A DNA stretch of 64,000 bases from Lama glama (GCA_028534125.1 CM052816.1:46812001-46876000), one strand, 5' to 3'. Counted from the first letter of the stretch, positions 1 through 14,339 are shown. Translations and numbers: made by a program. The notes: generated by a model not told the origin, from the sequence alone.

Positions 1-67
1 AAGGTAAAGTGCATTGTTCTGTGAGCCTTTGGTCTTTCTCCTGTTGACCTTCCTCTTTCATCCACAG

Positions 68-115
68 GTGGTCTGATGGGTGGAGACCTCACATCCGGTG
101 CAGGCACCAGTGCAG
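68..115 (+). CDS. MEF2C: MEF2C internal coding exon (48 nt; GGLMGGDLTSGAGTSA(G))
   Basis: Polypyrimidine tract plus CAG acceptor (AG 66-67) and CAG|GTGAGT donor at 115/116; phase 1-1; translation matches the MEF2C transactivation region as I know it. Upstream exons (MADS/MEF2 domain) lie before the window. Confidence 0.97.
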
Positions 116-2539
116 GTGAGTGGAGACTTCATACTGCAACATGCATCACTGTTTAAGGTTCCTTTACTGGGTAATTTGCAGTCAGTCAGTCTTTCAAACA
201 AAGTGAATTTGAGAGATCTGTGAGGCATGGGAAAATGACCCCAAGAATTTCTAAGGTACTTTTATGAAGCAGGAGTGATTGGATAGTAACTTAGAAGACA
301 ACTGTTTATTAACTAGACCATCCCTTAATAAAACTTCAACTAGACAACATAATCAAAATTGGGGGTTCTGATCAATTGAATCCTGGATGCCACCTCTGAA
401 GACAAAAGTACCTTTAGTAAGCCTTGCCAGTCACGTTCTGTGTTAATCATTTCACATTGAATGTGAATGACATTCTACACGAAGAAAGACTGACCTCCTG
501 TACATTTCTAAAGAAGAATACATACAGAAAAGGAAGGAGTGAGGATATAACCATTCAACAATATTGTTAATGAATAAAACCACATTTGGCATTAGGATGA
601 GCTCTTAGAGAATGTGAATCCAGTGTACCTGCCAAATAGCCCCTTACGTATATTCCAGCTCTTAAGAACTTCTTCCATTCCAGTATGTCATAGCCACACT
701 TCTCCAGGGTTCCATATGAATTCATATTATTGTGATTATTGAGATATTTATGTCATTTTCAGTGCAGAGGTAAGACAGCACAGTACTTTTTATTGCTAAC
801 TGCAGTTCACTATTGGCATAACAAGTAACCATGGTAATTCCTGCAGCTGGAACATGCTATACATTTAAAATAGTAGCAGGCAGGCATGACTAACACAAGG
901 TTATGTTTGAAATGTCAAAAAAAAATTCAAGTTTATTGAAATATCTATGGACAGCCTAATTAAAATATTTTGCCAGGTTCAAATATAATGGCCTGCTAAT
1001 TATAAGAAAGAAGATAAAAAATTGGCGTATAAAAACATTTTTATAAATATATCCATTTGGGGGTAATGTTTCTTGCTTCTGATGTTGGCTCTCACTAATT
1101 CAGTGAAGAAGTATTAGAACATCACGGTGAATTAACAAACAGAATCAATGGCACTAGCTTATTTTATATAGCTTTTGAAAATTAGAGTCAAATTAATGAG
1201 TAAACTGAGTATGCTCTTTTGCTGGACATTGAAACAAAGTGTTTGGTTTTTTTCCCTCAAAAAATACTTTGTGCTTTGTAGCCTGAAAATTACAGAACCA
1301 GATCAAAGCTAGACCAGTAGGTCTTGGATTCAAGTCTCTGCCAAACACTATGTTTTAGAGAGGATGTTGGGGACTGACAGTTGGGTTGTCACAAAGACCA
1401 AGAAAAAAGATAAATAAGAAAAATGGTTTAGATGTTACGATACTTTATCCAGTATCTCGATGTATCAGTTTGTTTGCTCTCATGGGAACTTCCAGTAGTG
1501 GTGGTGAAAGTTATTAGAAGTAGTAAAAGGAAAAAACACATGGAGTTGAGAGTGGGGAAGGGTTATTCCTCTTTGATCAAAGTGGCTTTTTGTTACTGCT
1601 AAATAGCTGGAATGCTTTAGAATTCTATACTGAAAATAAGTGGTGGTGTTCAATTATGATGTCATTGTCAATTCCGTGACAGTCTGCTAAGGTTAAATGG
1701 CCCTCCAGGGACAAAAACAATCTTGTAAGCATAAAAGTTAGCCGCACATAGGCTACAGCGTCATCGAACTAAAAAAAAATCTTCTGAGCTTAGCAAATTC
1801 ATCCCCCTACTTCAAGACCTCTGCCATAGGCACGAGAATCTTGTACTTCAAAAGTAGAAACAAATGAAAAGAAAGACACTCAGTTGCTCCATCCTGATGA
1901 TAATAAACATTATCTCTTGATGATTATATCTTATATCCAGGAGAGTGTATAATTTTCACAGTTTCTATACAGTTGTGAAAGAGTTGCTTCCCCACTTTTT
2001 AAAAATAGAGGAAGAAGTCCTTTCTAACTCTGGTTCCTCAGAACACCTGTTGCAGATGCCACTGAGTCTTGAGCTGAGCTGTTGTGTCCTGCTCACAGGC
2101 CCAGCCGTCCTCCCCCTCCTCATGCCAGCCAGTATCATATGTCGAAGCTGAATATATCGGTGCTGATGTCAGAGAGTCACATAACACCAGGGGAAACAAG
2201 GCCAGCCAGAATGTCTCTCCATTTTCAGGAAAGAAAACTAAAGCAAAATAGCCAAAAGATATCTTCCAAATTTTGAATATTGTCACTGAAATTCAAGGTC
2301 TGAGAGAAAGTTAGAAACCCTGAGGTCAAGTAGCAAGAGTCTGCAATTAAATTAAATACTTTTCAGTCTGTAATTTTCCTCAAAATCTAATCATCACAAC
2401 TTGTAAAATGGGTATAGTCTCATGAGGGAAGGATGTCAGTTTGACATTTATTATGTTCTTAGAAATACCAGGAGGCCAAAGAGGTAAGCAACCTCTCTTT
2501 TACTCAGCTTGATAAAGTGTAACATCTCTCCCATCCATT

Positions 2540-3510
2540 CCCTGCCCTCTCCCTCTCCCTCATCCCATCATCCAGTGAATTGAATCATTAAGTCTTACCA
2601 ACTCTGCCTCCAAGGTATTTCCTAAACCTACCCCTTTCTCTCCATTCCTCTCCCACTGCCCTGGTTCAGGCTCATAGCAACACCCTGGGATTATTTCCAG
2701 AGCCCTAATTCTTCTCCCAGCTTCACGCTCCGGTGTCCCACTCCAGTCTCCCCATGACTCATTAGTCTTTCTCAAAGCCTTACACTACTCGTAGGTCATC
2801 ATTCACATGTTTAAAATCCAACAATGGCTTCCCAACTCTTTCAGAATTAACCATGAGCCTCATCTCTGGCCCATCCCTACTCTCTGGTCTTCAACCTTCT
2901 TGCCTTCCGCCAGTGCCGTCAAGGACCCTGCATTCCAACTCTAACAAAAGCAAACATTTTAAATGGCTCTGACTTTGTGATTTACAACAACTAATTCATT
3001 TATTTGCATAGCAGTCCTTTAAAGTAGATATTGATAGTTTGCCCTTTCTATAGTTGGGGGCACTGAGGCACAGAAAGTTTAAGTAACTGCACGAGGTGTA
3101 ACCCAGGCAATCTGTCTCCAGAGTCTGAGCTCTCAACTGCTTTGTGCCGCCACTTTCCAAACAGAGGGGGTCAGGGCTGCTTGCCTTTGTTCATGAGTTC
3201 CTAGCGATCTCCTGCTTCATGCTACTGAACACTCCTTGTCATCCCTCAGAATTCAGTTCAACCACTCAGTTCTGACATTCTGACTCTTCTAGAAGGAATT
3301 ATGCACCTCTCCTTAGTTCTCTTATGGCAGCTTGTTGTCTATATTGTTTATCTCAATCCATTGCAATTGCAATGCCTAGGCTCACATCTCTCTCCTGAAC
3401 TCTCAGCCCTCTGGGGCCAAACTGTGTCTTATTCAGTTGTATTCCCAGATCAAGATGTAAGAGAGGACACAGCAGATACTCAGTAAATTTTTGTTAGCTG
3501 AATAAAGGAA
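2540..3510 (+). mobile_element. L2 LINE 3' fragment interrupted by a MIR
   Basis: Pyrimidine-rich L2-like body (ccctttctctccattcc...cactgccctggttcaggc; caatggcttccca) and L2-like terminus cacagcagatactcagtaaatttttgttagctgaata. Confidence 0.65.
3005..3140 (-). mobile_element. MIR SINE nested in L2
   Basis: cactgaggcacagaaagtttaagtaac...aacccaggcaatctgtctccagagtctgagctct is the reverse MIR core. Confidence 0.75.
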
Positions 3511-6500
3511 AAGTTGATTTTCTAGACATAAATTTTTAATACTGTTGATGTAAAAAGAAAGAACACTACAAAGAAATAATGTAATTTTAAATTCACAAAG
3601 ATATACTGTTGATCTGTAATTCACAAAAAATAATGTATTCTACTACTGTAAACAGTGAATAGCAAATTAATTATTTGATTAAATGGCTGAGCACTATTGA
3701 CCAATAAAGTAAAGCTTTACTAACTTCTCTAATGTACTTAGTGGAAGATCTAAAGAGCTGATAAATAGCAGTAAATGCAATGTGGGTTGGTCCCTTAGAC
3801 CATCACAAATCCTTTCTTAAAATAATGAACCTCTTATCACTGAAGTTGAAGTCATTTCAAAGATGAAGGCAAGTGGTAATAAAGAAGAAAGAGGATGGGG
3901 TTGTACTCTTGGTATAAGGAAAATACACACCAAGTCGTTACAGAACATTAGTAACAGTGGCATTTGTAGGTTTCAGTTGACACTTATTCATCCACTCTTT
4001 AAACCTTTCCTCTCAGCAACTAAAATGATACAGCACTGCTTTTAAAACTACATTGGTCATGTCTCCGTACATTGAAGCCTTTAACATGCTAATCTTAGCG
4101 GTTGTTGATGCTTGTAGGATCAAGTTCAGCTGAGTTTTTGTAATCATGAGACTTATAGAAATAACCATTAGCACAGCAATGCCTTGTGTTGGACTATTCA
4201 CTTTTCTTCTAGTACCCTTTGTTTTCTCTTTGATAACGTAGTTGCTTTCTGTTGAGGACAAAGTACCAGTATGCTCAAGGATATACTATTTCATAATTGA
4301 GACCAAAAAAAAAAGGTAGGAGAGAGAAAAGAAAACTCTTTAGGAATCTCTTTGAAAAATTTAGGAAAATTTATAATCTACATGGCTATTTGACAATAAG
4401 GCAAAGAAGATTTATGCATATTGGTTGATAATTTTAATTGGCATTTATTGTAAATTAGAAATAATTTTATATAAAGAGAAACTGACAGCTGTTTCCTTAT
4501 TTTGATTGTTAATTGTTTACTATTTTATGCATTTGGTTGTCAAGCATTGTCATTTCCAGAATGCTTAATTTATATCAGCTAAATTCAGAGACTTGGTAGT
4601 GGCAGTGTACTGGGGACCACTGCACAGCGGCTGAACAAGGAAACCAGGCTTCCAGACTCTGAAAAGACTCCATCCAGCAAGACCTTGGACCTTGACTTTG
4701 AACCTCTGAACAAAGGACTCACATTAGGAATAAGACACAGAAATCTTTAGAGTCCGTTTACATGCAATGTTTTATGATCATATAATCATAAAACTTTACT
4801 AACATGATTTTTTGTAATTCATTTAGCATTGAAAAAGAAAAATTTAGCATATTATAAAATTGAAGTAAATGAGAAGAGAGAAAAAAATCATTGTTCAGCT
4901 ATTCTGTACCAGTACCATTGCTTTGGAAGTATTTGTTTTGCGAATACTTATCAAAAATTTCTTGGCTGACTTTCTTATCAAACAGACTTCTCTGCAGGTC
5001 TTACTCAATGATTTAAAATATCAGTGAAGTGATTAAAACTTCAGTTTAAAAGAATTGGCTTTAACAAGTTTTTAAGATTTTTGTCGCTTAACAAAACACA
5101 AATTCAGGTTGCAGTATTCAAGAAAGGGAGAGTACTACCATGCATAAAGCTACTCTAAATAAGAAAACTATTTTTGTTAGTATAAAAATATGATTTTGTA
5201 TTACTTCTAAAAAAAATTATTAAGCAGCAAGCGAAAAGAATCTAAGTTACAGTCTTTAAAAAGTATTACTCTGTTAGTTTCAGTTGTTTGGAAAAAATTC
5301 TGAACTCATTTGCTGAATTACCTTGGGAGCTCATCCAAACATAAATAAGGATCCAACAGCATTGCTTTATTATTATCTATGAAATTCAGTAACAATGATA
5401 TTTTTAACCCAAACCAAGGTTATCTAGATTTATTAAAGGAAAAAGAAAATACTTAGTGCTCTGGTTGGATGGTGTACAGCACGTGGGACTCAGCCACTGC
5501 CAAGAAAATCAGTGTCCACTTCCTATATATGAGACCTGGAAAATTGTAGATAAAGCAGTACCTTGGCACCATTCTCTAGGGGCCGGTGTTGAAGTGAGAG
5601 AGGCTGGTCGAAGAATGTTATAGGCTAAGTCAGGATATCATGGTCTCTTTTCAATCCCTTTAGTCTGGCTCAAGTCTTAAGGAGTTTGATTTCCAGGGGG
5701 AAAAATAAAATTTCAAATTATAACTTCCTAGAGAATGTTTTACCAGATTTTCGAGCCTTTCGTTATATCGTGATTTCTAACCTCACAAATTGCATCCTTT
5801 TTATCCCTGTCTTTCTATTGTATTCAGTAAAGCAATATATGAAAATCGGTCTTGGCACTCATATCCCATTGATTTCACTGAAGAGTGTGACTGATAATAA
5901 AACTTTGGTCCTTTTAATGCTAAATCAGATAGTTAACATTTCCTCCTAAAATAGTGGTTTTACTCAACATTTCTTTTTTTCTCTTAGCGCTTTTTTTCCT
6001 CGAACAGTATTCGTTTCTCTCTGCCCTGTTTTTGGCATCACTGTAAGATTTTGCTTGGTGATAACACAGAAAAAAAAGCTCTTTTCAAAATCATCAGTGA
6101 TATGAAACTGTGCATCAGTAGACAGCAGATCCTGATGGAGGGTTGTGGTTAAAAATCCCCTCTTTGGGAAATCAATTTTTTACCTACCAGGGACTTTTTG
6201 GTGCTTCCAGGCTGTTGGCCAAGAGTATAATTTTGCTGTTTTTAGACAAACCTTTGCCAGTCTTAAATTTTACAGTTAGACTTAGTATGTTTCACCTGAA
6301 TTTCACTTCAAAGAGTATTTAGTCATGGAACAGTCTCATGTTTGAAAGATCAAATCAGATACATTCCTTTTGTTTACTTTATACCAAAGGAAACTATATT
6401 GTACCAAAACCTTGGCTAAGCGTTTCAATTTATCATCTATAGATGTGTCCATAGGTGCTAAGTATTCAGTAGGTTTATTTATCATTACTCATTTTCAGTT

Positions 6501-6939
6501 GTTTTAACTGAACTTAACACTTACTTGGTAACTGTTTTTCTAAACACTAAGCCCTCTTTTCACAATTTCTGACCTTAGTGTCCACTTACTCCGGTTATGG
6601 CAAAGAACTGGTTACGTTACATCTGTAGTTTGGTGGGAGGAAACCCTGCTGTATTAACATAGGTTATTATAGTAGAGTACTAATAGCAAGTCTGTATCTA
6701 TGGTCAGTTTACATATTCAAACGTGATAACATTAATTTACATAACAATCATGAAAAAGAAACCTTTAATACTAATCAACTCAGAGACAACTGTAAAATCA
6801 TGGAGTGAAATTTTCACTCAAGCAGTAATGTGGGAAAATATTCTGGAGGCAGATGTTCGGAAAAATAAAATAACCAAGGAAAATACATGATACACAGGTT
6901 ACTTTAGAGATGACATTATTGCCTTTGGAAAGTCTGTGA

Positions 6940-7040
6940 ATTCCCATTCTGCAGGATTGTTGTGAAAGTTAAATGAGATCATCGCTATGTGGCATCACCT
7001 AGCAGTTTCTGCCCTAGAGTAAGTGCTTGTTAATGGCTGG
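6940..7040 (+). mobile_element. MIR 3' fragment
   Basis: aggattgttgtgaaagttaaatgagat...agtaagtgct. Confidence 0.6.
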
Positions 7041-7749
7041 ATGGCTATTGTTAGAAGTATAATTATCCTGCATTCTTGATTTCCTAGGCAAAAAATAAAG
7101 CTTAGTTTAATCCAGTCCCAGTAACACTTATCAAATGTGCAGTGAGTGAGAAGCACACTAGTAGGCTTCACAGAGATACCTGCCACGGCCCCTGCCCTCC
7201 AGGGCGGGAGTAAACGGGAGATATTAATAAATCCTAGGCAGAATGAGAGTGCGATGCAGTGCATCACATCTCATTTGAACATTATCCTCTTCTGATGTAT
7301 TTGCAGCAGTTGTGTAAATGTTAAAACCGCAAGTAATTATTCTTTCTCTTCTGTCACGTTCTCTCTAATCTGAACTGTCTCAATATTTTTGTTTATAAAA
7401 TGACTGAAAGAATGAGTAATTGTGTCAATAATGAAGACACCCCCTCATTTTTAGAAAAGAGACAGCCCCCAAATTGCAAGAAGTGAACAATTAAGTGAGT
7501 CATAAATCTATCTATCATTCACTGTTAAGTGGGACTTTTTTTAAGACAGCAAGATTCCAGATCACTTTTATGGTGCGATGGAGAACTATCCCTTCAGTAA
7601 ATCAGTACTCAGAGCAGAATGGTATTTTGAGTGCCTTTATGCACTGGAGGCATCAGATTGTCAGTTTCTTATTTGTAAATGGAGCCTTTATTCCAAGAGA
7701 AGGAGAAATTCAAGGATGCATTCTAAATCTGAAACATCTGGCTTTTGTA

Positions 7750-7980
7750 ATAATGTAGTGGGAGCAGCTTGGGCTTTGGATTCAAATCAAAGCTCTCCCA
7801 CTGACTAACAAGTCGCAGAAGCTCCCAGAACCTCAGTTTCCTCATCTGTCAAAAACTGGGATGATAATGCCTGACCCCCGTGACTTTCAGGGCAAATGAG
7901 AGGGTGGTGTGCCAACACAAAGCTGCTTTATGACACAGGCTCCAAGCTTCGGAAAAACAGCTCAGTAATAAATAGCGGTT
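7750..7980 (+). mobile_element. MIR SINE
   Basis: Core cctcagtttcctcatctgtcaaaaactgggatgataat. Confidence 0.8.
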
Positions 7981-9674
7981 CTTTACTTCTGCCCCGCAAT
8001 CCAGAGCCCACTGTATGTGCTGAATGTTTACAGTTCTAGTTGGCAGATAGACTGTTAATTTCACCAAAGATACTAAACAAAACACGTCCAAGAAACATGA
8101 AGGACAAGCGGGGTAGTAGGGAATCCACGAAGGCATGGTTCAGCGTCAGGGTGACATGGTCAAGGAGAAGACACAAGTCTCTTTTTAGAACGTCTGCTGC
8201 CCTCTAACTGGTACAGCCAAGAATAGCCTTGGCTCTGGTGTGTTCTTTGGGTATTTTTCTAAGAATACACCACAAAAGGCACTGAGGTTTCACAGGAGTT
8301 TTGTCTTAGTCTAACATTATGCATTATTATATTATTTCCCTAAGAAACCCCCAGAAAGCGTGGAGACTTGATTTTACGTTGAAGAATCTGTAATCAGGAG
8401 ACTAGCTGGATAGGAATCCGAAATCTGATTTGCCCTCCTTCTGCAGTAGGCATATTGAAATTTTCATCATTCCCAGATTTCTGACCTCCAAATGTTTTGT
8501 GGTTGCCTTTTCCCTTAGAGCCATCCCATGAAAAACATCTCCTTTTCCCTCAAAAAAAAAAAAAAACCTGATTGTGATTTACAACAGCTGAGTAACTTAC
8601 AGTCGCTAGCGCTTTTAGCAGAGTTTCAGGCATCCAGGGCAAAGTGAATATAGGACTGAAGTTCAGAAGGTCATAGTATTTTTCCACCAAAAACTGTTTT
8701 AGGTGTATTGTTCCAATAGAGCAGTAGACAATTACTGTGTACAATTAAAATTAAAATTACGTGAAAAGATGACTGTATGAGACACAAAACAGTGTCCTGA
8801 TATTGAAAACTAACTTATCTTAAAACTTTTTAAAAGTCAAATGTAAAATTAATTGTTAGTAGTGAACATTATTATGTATGTGACATCTCTAGTTTACCAA
8901 GACAGGATGCTGTTAAGTGTTTTCAAAATTGTTCTGTTGAAAGAAAAAAAAAAACCTAAGTAGGCAAAAAACATTTTGCTGAAGTAAAAGCAGAAAATCA
9001 ATACATCAGAGGTTCAGCTGTATATTCAACTTAATGTTTTCCTGTGGCAGTTTGCTCCAAATTCCCCAAAATAAGATACTGCTAACAAAGTACTAAACAA
9101 GTAACTTTTATACACTTATATATTAAAAGTTATATTCCAGACAACTAATAGTGGATACTATAAAATACTCGGCATTTCACTGTCATGTTGAGTGTTTCTG
9201 ATGGGAGCTGGTCTCTTAAATTGACATTAGGTAGGTAAACATCTTTACCCTCTATTACAGGGGAGACGATTATTAACTAAAATATTTGAAAATCTACCTT
9301 TAAAAGCATATTTAATCATCCACTCGAAATAGCACACTGAAAGTTAAACAGCTGCTCTGGCATTTAGTGTAGCTAAACCCAATATTTTCTATTTGTAAAT
9401 ATTTATTTATCCAGAAGGAGACCAGCAATACGGTTTGGAACATCACCATTCCCTGACCCTTATGTAAGTCCAGTGTCTCTTGAACCAGAACTGCTATTTA
9501 TGACGCCCAAGTTGACCATGTTCCTCAAGGTTCCACATCACCTCTGACTCAGGAGGTCCTGTGAGCTTCATACCCCTGGTCTCACACTTTGTTTCCTCCT
9601 TTCCTGTGTATTCCTGTCATTTTAGAATGAGATCTGACAGAGAAGGGTTTCAAAATCTCAGAGTGTGACCAGTT

Positions 9675-9850
9675 CTCAAGCAGCATGGACTCTGGACACA
9701 CTGCTGGGTTCAAGTCATGGCTCAGCCTGGTGATAGCTGTTGGCCGCTGGGCAAGTTCCTGGACCTGTCTGTCCTTCTGTTTTCTCATATATAACACAGG
9801 GATTCTCTTAGTACCACACAGGGTGGCCGTGGTAAGGATTAAAGGTATCT
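9675..9850 (+). mobile_element. MIR SINE
   Basis: ggactctgga...ctgggttcaagtc...gggcaagtt...ctgttttctcatatataa...aggattaaa. Confidence 0.75.
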
Positions 9851-10179
9851 TCTAAGCAGGCATAATAGCAAACAGTTACAGAGCATAGGTGCTGTGCTGT
9901 TCTGGGTACTTGAGGTGCGTGCTTGGTGGTGGTAATGTTGTTGGTGATTAACGCTGTATAAAACGTTTGCTGTTGTCAGTACTGCACAGTCACGCTGGCG
10001 ATGGCTGCCTCCGGAGAGTATGTGGGAGTCTCTGATTCAGATGACTTTTCTGCCTCTCTCACATTAACAGAATCAGTGCTGAGTGTGAGAAAAGCAAGGC
10101 TCAGTATAGCTGAAGGGACTCTAATGGAGACCTCATGCCTAGGAACTGGATTTACCTACTTTATTCTCCTTTGTCCTCG

Positions 10180-10700
10180 ACACCCATCTGCCTTGTAAAC
10201 CTTCCCATCCCAGCTGCCTCGTTCAGACTTCATTCCTCGTGTGTTCCACGGCAGCTGTGTCCTAACTAGCTTCCCTGAACAGCCTAACCCTTTCATCTAG
10301 CCTTTCCACTGCCACTATTGTTATTTCCCCGTCACACAGCTAATGATGTCACCTCCTACTCACAAACAACTTCGGCTGTTCATTTTCTATAATATAAAGT
10401 CTGCAGTGTAAAGTTAACGTGATCTGAGAGGCTTGTGTTAGCCAGGACTACTTTTCCAGCTTTTGAGAACTGCGTCCTCTGACGCAACCTATATTTCATC
10501 TTCCCAGGAATACTCATCCTTCTCAAATACAGCCCAGCCTCTGAGATCTCTCCGTCAGTGAATTCCCTCTCTCCAGGAAGTCTTCCTCTGAGCCATCTAA
10601 TAAAATCTGTTCACTCTTAATTGCCACTCTTCTGCCATGTTTTTTCCTAGGATATTTTACAACCCATCTTTTGGTAGAAAGTTCTGTATGAGTAAATTAT
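10180..10700 (+). mobile_element. Degenerate L2 fragment
   Basis: Pyrimidine-rich L2-like segments (tcctaactagcttccctg; tactcatccttctcaa; ctctccaggaagtcttcctctg). Confidence 0.5.
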
Positions 10701-11269
10701 TGTTGAAATTGATCTTGATAGAGAGACATCTATGGCAGTAAAGTGTAGAAGAAAACATCCAGTGTCTCAGAGTTTTCTTTTTCGTTAGGGAAAATTTCTG
10801 CTTTATTTGCTTCTACCCCTTGCAGTTAGCTAAGGTAATGCGCTATGAAATGATTAACAGATGGAATTGATGAAAAAAAAAAGCTTTAATTAACTCTCTA
10901 TCAACAAATTTCATAGGTGGGCACTTGCATGATTTTCTGACTTTCATATTATATGATTGGTAAGCAGTTTGTCTTGGTCATCAGTGTGTAATCATTATCT
11001 AAAATAGAAATTTTTCTCAAGTAGCATAAAGAGGAGAGACCCTCGATGTTTGAAATTAGCAAGTTACACATTACATTTTCAGTTCGCATCTTACGTTCCC
11101 TCGGGAACTTGACTTTTAGGGCCATTCCTGAATAATTCTAATTTTTCCAGCATAGTCTGTGTCTCTGTTTTGTGAGCATTACTTGGAGAACTAGTGCTCT
11201 GCCTGGTATCACCGCTCTGATTGCTCAGGATTTTGGAGGAGAGTGAGTTCAAAGTGGACTGAGGTTGTC

Positions 11270-11880
11270 GAAAAGGGATCATGAGAGCACAGGGCCTTAG
11301 CTGGCCCTGAAAGATGAATTTGAATTAAACAGGAAATCAAACACAGCCAGGTATTTAACTGTTAGAGCAAAGGCTCCAGCATCTTCAGAGGACCGTGAGC
11401 TTGGCTGTGACCACTGAAAGTTGGGTTCCATAGACAGAGCAGGTCAAACTATGCATAGTTCTGAGACCCAAGCCAGGGCACTGACCCTGTAGTGTTAAGT
11501 GTGATGTAGAAAAGGAACATGAGGGATGCAGCACTTTAGAAAGATTTTTGAAGAAAATCCTTGGGTTGCACAATAGGTTTATTATCAGACATAAGCATAG
11601 AAGTTTGCTCCCAGCCCTCCTACAGCCCGTCTTAAGGCATGGAGAAGAACCCTTCAACTAGAGACCAGGGACCCAGCTCAGAGGCTAGAGAAAGACCTAG
11701 TTAGAGGGCACGGAGAGCCTGAAGTAGGATGGGAGCAGTGGAAATGGAGACAGGCATTTCTCAAGAAAAATTAACAAGACTGGGTAACTAATCGGAAATG
11801 GAGTTGGAAGAGGGAGCAAGAGTCGTCAAAGATGATGATTTGGGAGACTGAAAAAATATTGTGCCAATGAAAAGCTTAGC
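11270..11880 (-). mobile_element. Degenerate L2 fragment
   Basis: Purine-rich reverse L2-like segments (gagcctgaagtaggatgggagcagtggaaatggaga; aagagtcgtcaaagatga). Confidence 0.5.
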
Positions 11881-14339
11881 CTTGGTATGAGCACCACTTT
11901 GTTTTGTGCTTATTTGTTTTATATGCTTGTAGTTATGATTGAAAGTCCACAGAGGAAGAAAAGCGAAGTGAAAAGACTCATAGTGTCTAAACATCCAAAT
12001 AAGAGAAAGTTTCAGAACTTCAGGCTCAAAGAGAGCTACATGCTCAATTGAGCTCTGTGAGACAAGGCAAAATGTCCTCCTCACAACGTCTTAAGCCAGG
12101 AATATGTTCTTTGAATTTACAACTTCTTAAAATAGGAGTCAATAAAAAAAAAAAAGCAAGTATTTTCAAGTTAACTGGAGAGAAAAAGATTTTTTTCTCC
12201 TAACACCACATTTGAAGTTCTGTATATTTACACGAGTTTTAATACGAGTGTTTAGAAACTTGTAACCACGCGAGGTAGATTCTGTTATCCTTTACATGAA
12301 TTATACCGTGAATGCTTGCATTGTTTGATGTGAAACAATATTTTTAATCAAATGAAACTATAAAACACACGAACGCCAAAGTTGATCTGGTCTTCATTTT
12401 CTTACCGTCTGTAATCAAGAAATCCATTCCCTCATGCTTTATAATTTTTGTGCTTTTAAGTGGTGAGGGGACTGTGGCATCTGCATGCAGTCACATCCAA
12501 ATCGATCATTGTCCCAGGCGGAGGGCAGTTTTAAAGCAGGGCATGACGGAAGGTGGAATCTATCTTAGACACTTATCGACGGGTGGCGTTTCCCACCTCC
12601 CGACCCTGGACTTTGAAAGAGACCGTTCTCTAGGGTGAATTTATCTTAAGGTAGGACAGCAGCCCCAGTGCAAGGCCACAGCGTCCTGAGTGAGGAGGAG
12701 GCCGCGGTTTCCGAGCCCATTTAAATGCAGGCTCTTCTTAGCAGTAAACCACACGAATGTATTCATCATTGATTTTCAAATGATAGGTTTCTATATCACT
12801 GGTTTAGGATCCACAGCCTTGCATTCCTGAATCTATATTATGCCAAAAGAATAACAACTTGGTGGCTGGAAACAGAAATGGTTATTATACGGCTCCAAAA
12901 TGCTAGCTGGCACAATATGCTAAAAACAGCAGAAATCCACCGGTAAAAGGCAGAATTTATTTGTTCTCAAAAATAACTTGATGCTCTAAAAATACGAACT
13001 TAAGAAGTGTCATCGTGGTTCAAAATATTTTACATTCAATATGTAAACACCTTAAAATATGTGACTGATCTTCTAAAATGGCATAATTTTCAAATAACAG
13101 GAAATATTCCAAGAGGAAAATAGAGTGCTTTTTCAAATCAATATTTTTTCTTAGTTTTGAGGCATTTATTGGATGAAAAACTGTAATGTATGTTGGCTTT
13201 CTTCCCCCCTGCTGTTGCCCCAATTCATTGTTTAAAATGTGAGCCAAAAGAGGTAGGCTTTGTTGGAATTTCTCAGAGTTGATTGTAGAAAATATTTTTT
13301 TAAAAAAAGAAAAAAAAACCCACTTTTCTCAGCGTGAGTGGGGCACTTCCATTTTCGCACACTGGCCCAGGGCTGGTCATATCACAGGACAGCACATTTC
13401 ATGAAGCGGTTTTACTTCCTTTTAGCAAAATAACTCCTCCATGCAAACCAGTATCGGCATCTACCAAGCCGGGGTTTTAGTTTCTTCTGATCTGTTCAAG
13501 CTTCACTGCACTGCTTAACTGACTTTTCTTCCCCCCATTCTTTTGAAATTACCCAGCTAATTTTCCATTTGATTGTTTATTTAAACCAGCTCTCACGCAG
13601 CCTTCACAGATAAGTGACATACACTTCAATGTGTCTGTCGGTCTGAACTCCGGCTGACAGGAAAGTAAGGTGCGAACTTAGCCATGGTTTTTCACTCCCT
13701 TTTTACCCAAATGGAACCTATTAATTAAAACGAAAGCCCTAACAGTGTCACAATAGTGATTCAGGAAGACATTAAATATAAAACTGCTCTGAGCATTCTG
13801 TTTGAGCAACCCTTTTTCTAAGGGAACATATTGTTTGTGTTTCTCCTAGTGAAAAAAGGTAAATGTATTCATTTCATATAATAACTTTCGCCACAGGAAA
13901 ACTGTCCAAATTAACTGAAAAAAAAAAGTTTGGCTTTTGACATACTTAGCTGGCTTTAGAGAATTTAGCTAATTTTCTTGACATTTTATTATAGAAGAGT
14001 GGTTTACATCCACATTCAACCAACATTTTTTAAGTACCTACTTTGTATTTGCCATATTTTTGGGGGGGAGAGTTGTTTGTTTTAGTTTGTGGGGTTCCCC
14101 CCACAGTGGAGAGTTTTACGCATAATCCAATTGACAGATTTAATATTGTCGTTACTTATTATGTCTTCATCCTGTTTATTCATGCATGAAATGAGACAGG
14201 TAAATGGATGGGATGTGAGGAACCAGTGTGTTCTATGGAGTAGTGCCTCAATAGATTCTAACTGAAAAGATGTTCCCATAAAGAGCTGCTGAAATATGCC
14301 TGTGCTTTGCCTCCCCAGCTCCTCATCATAGCTTGTCAT

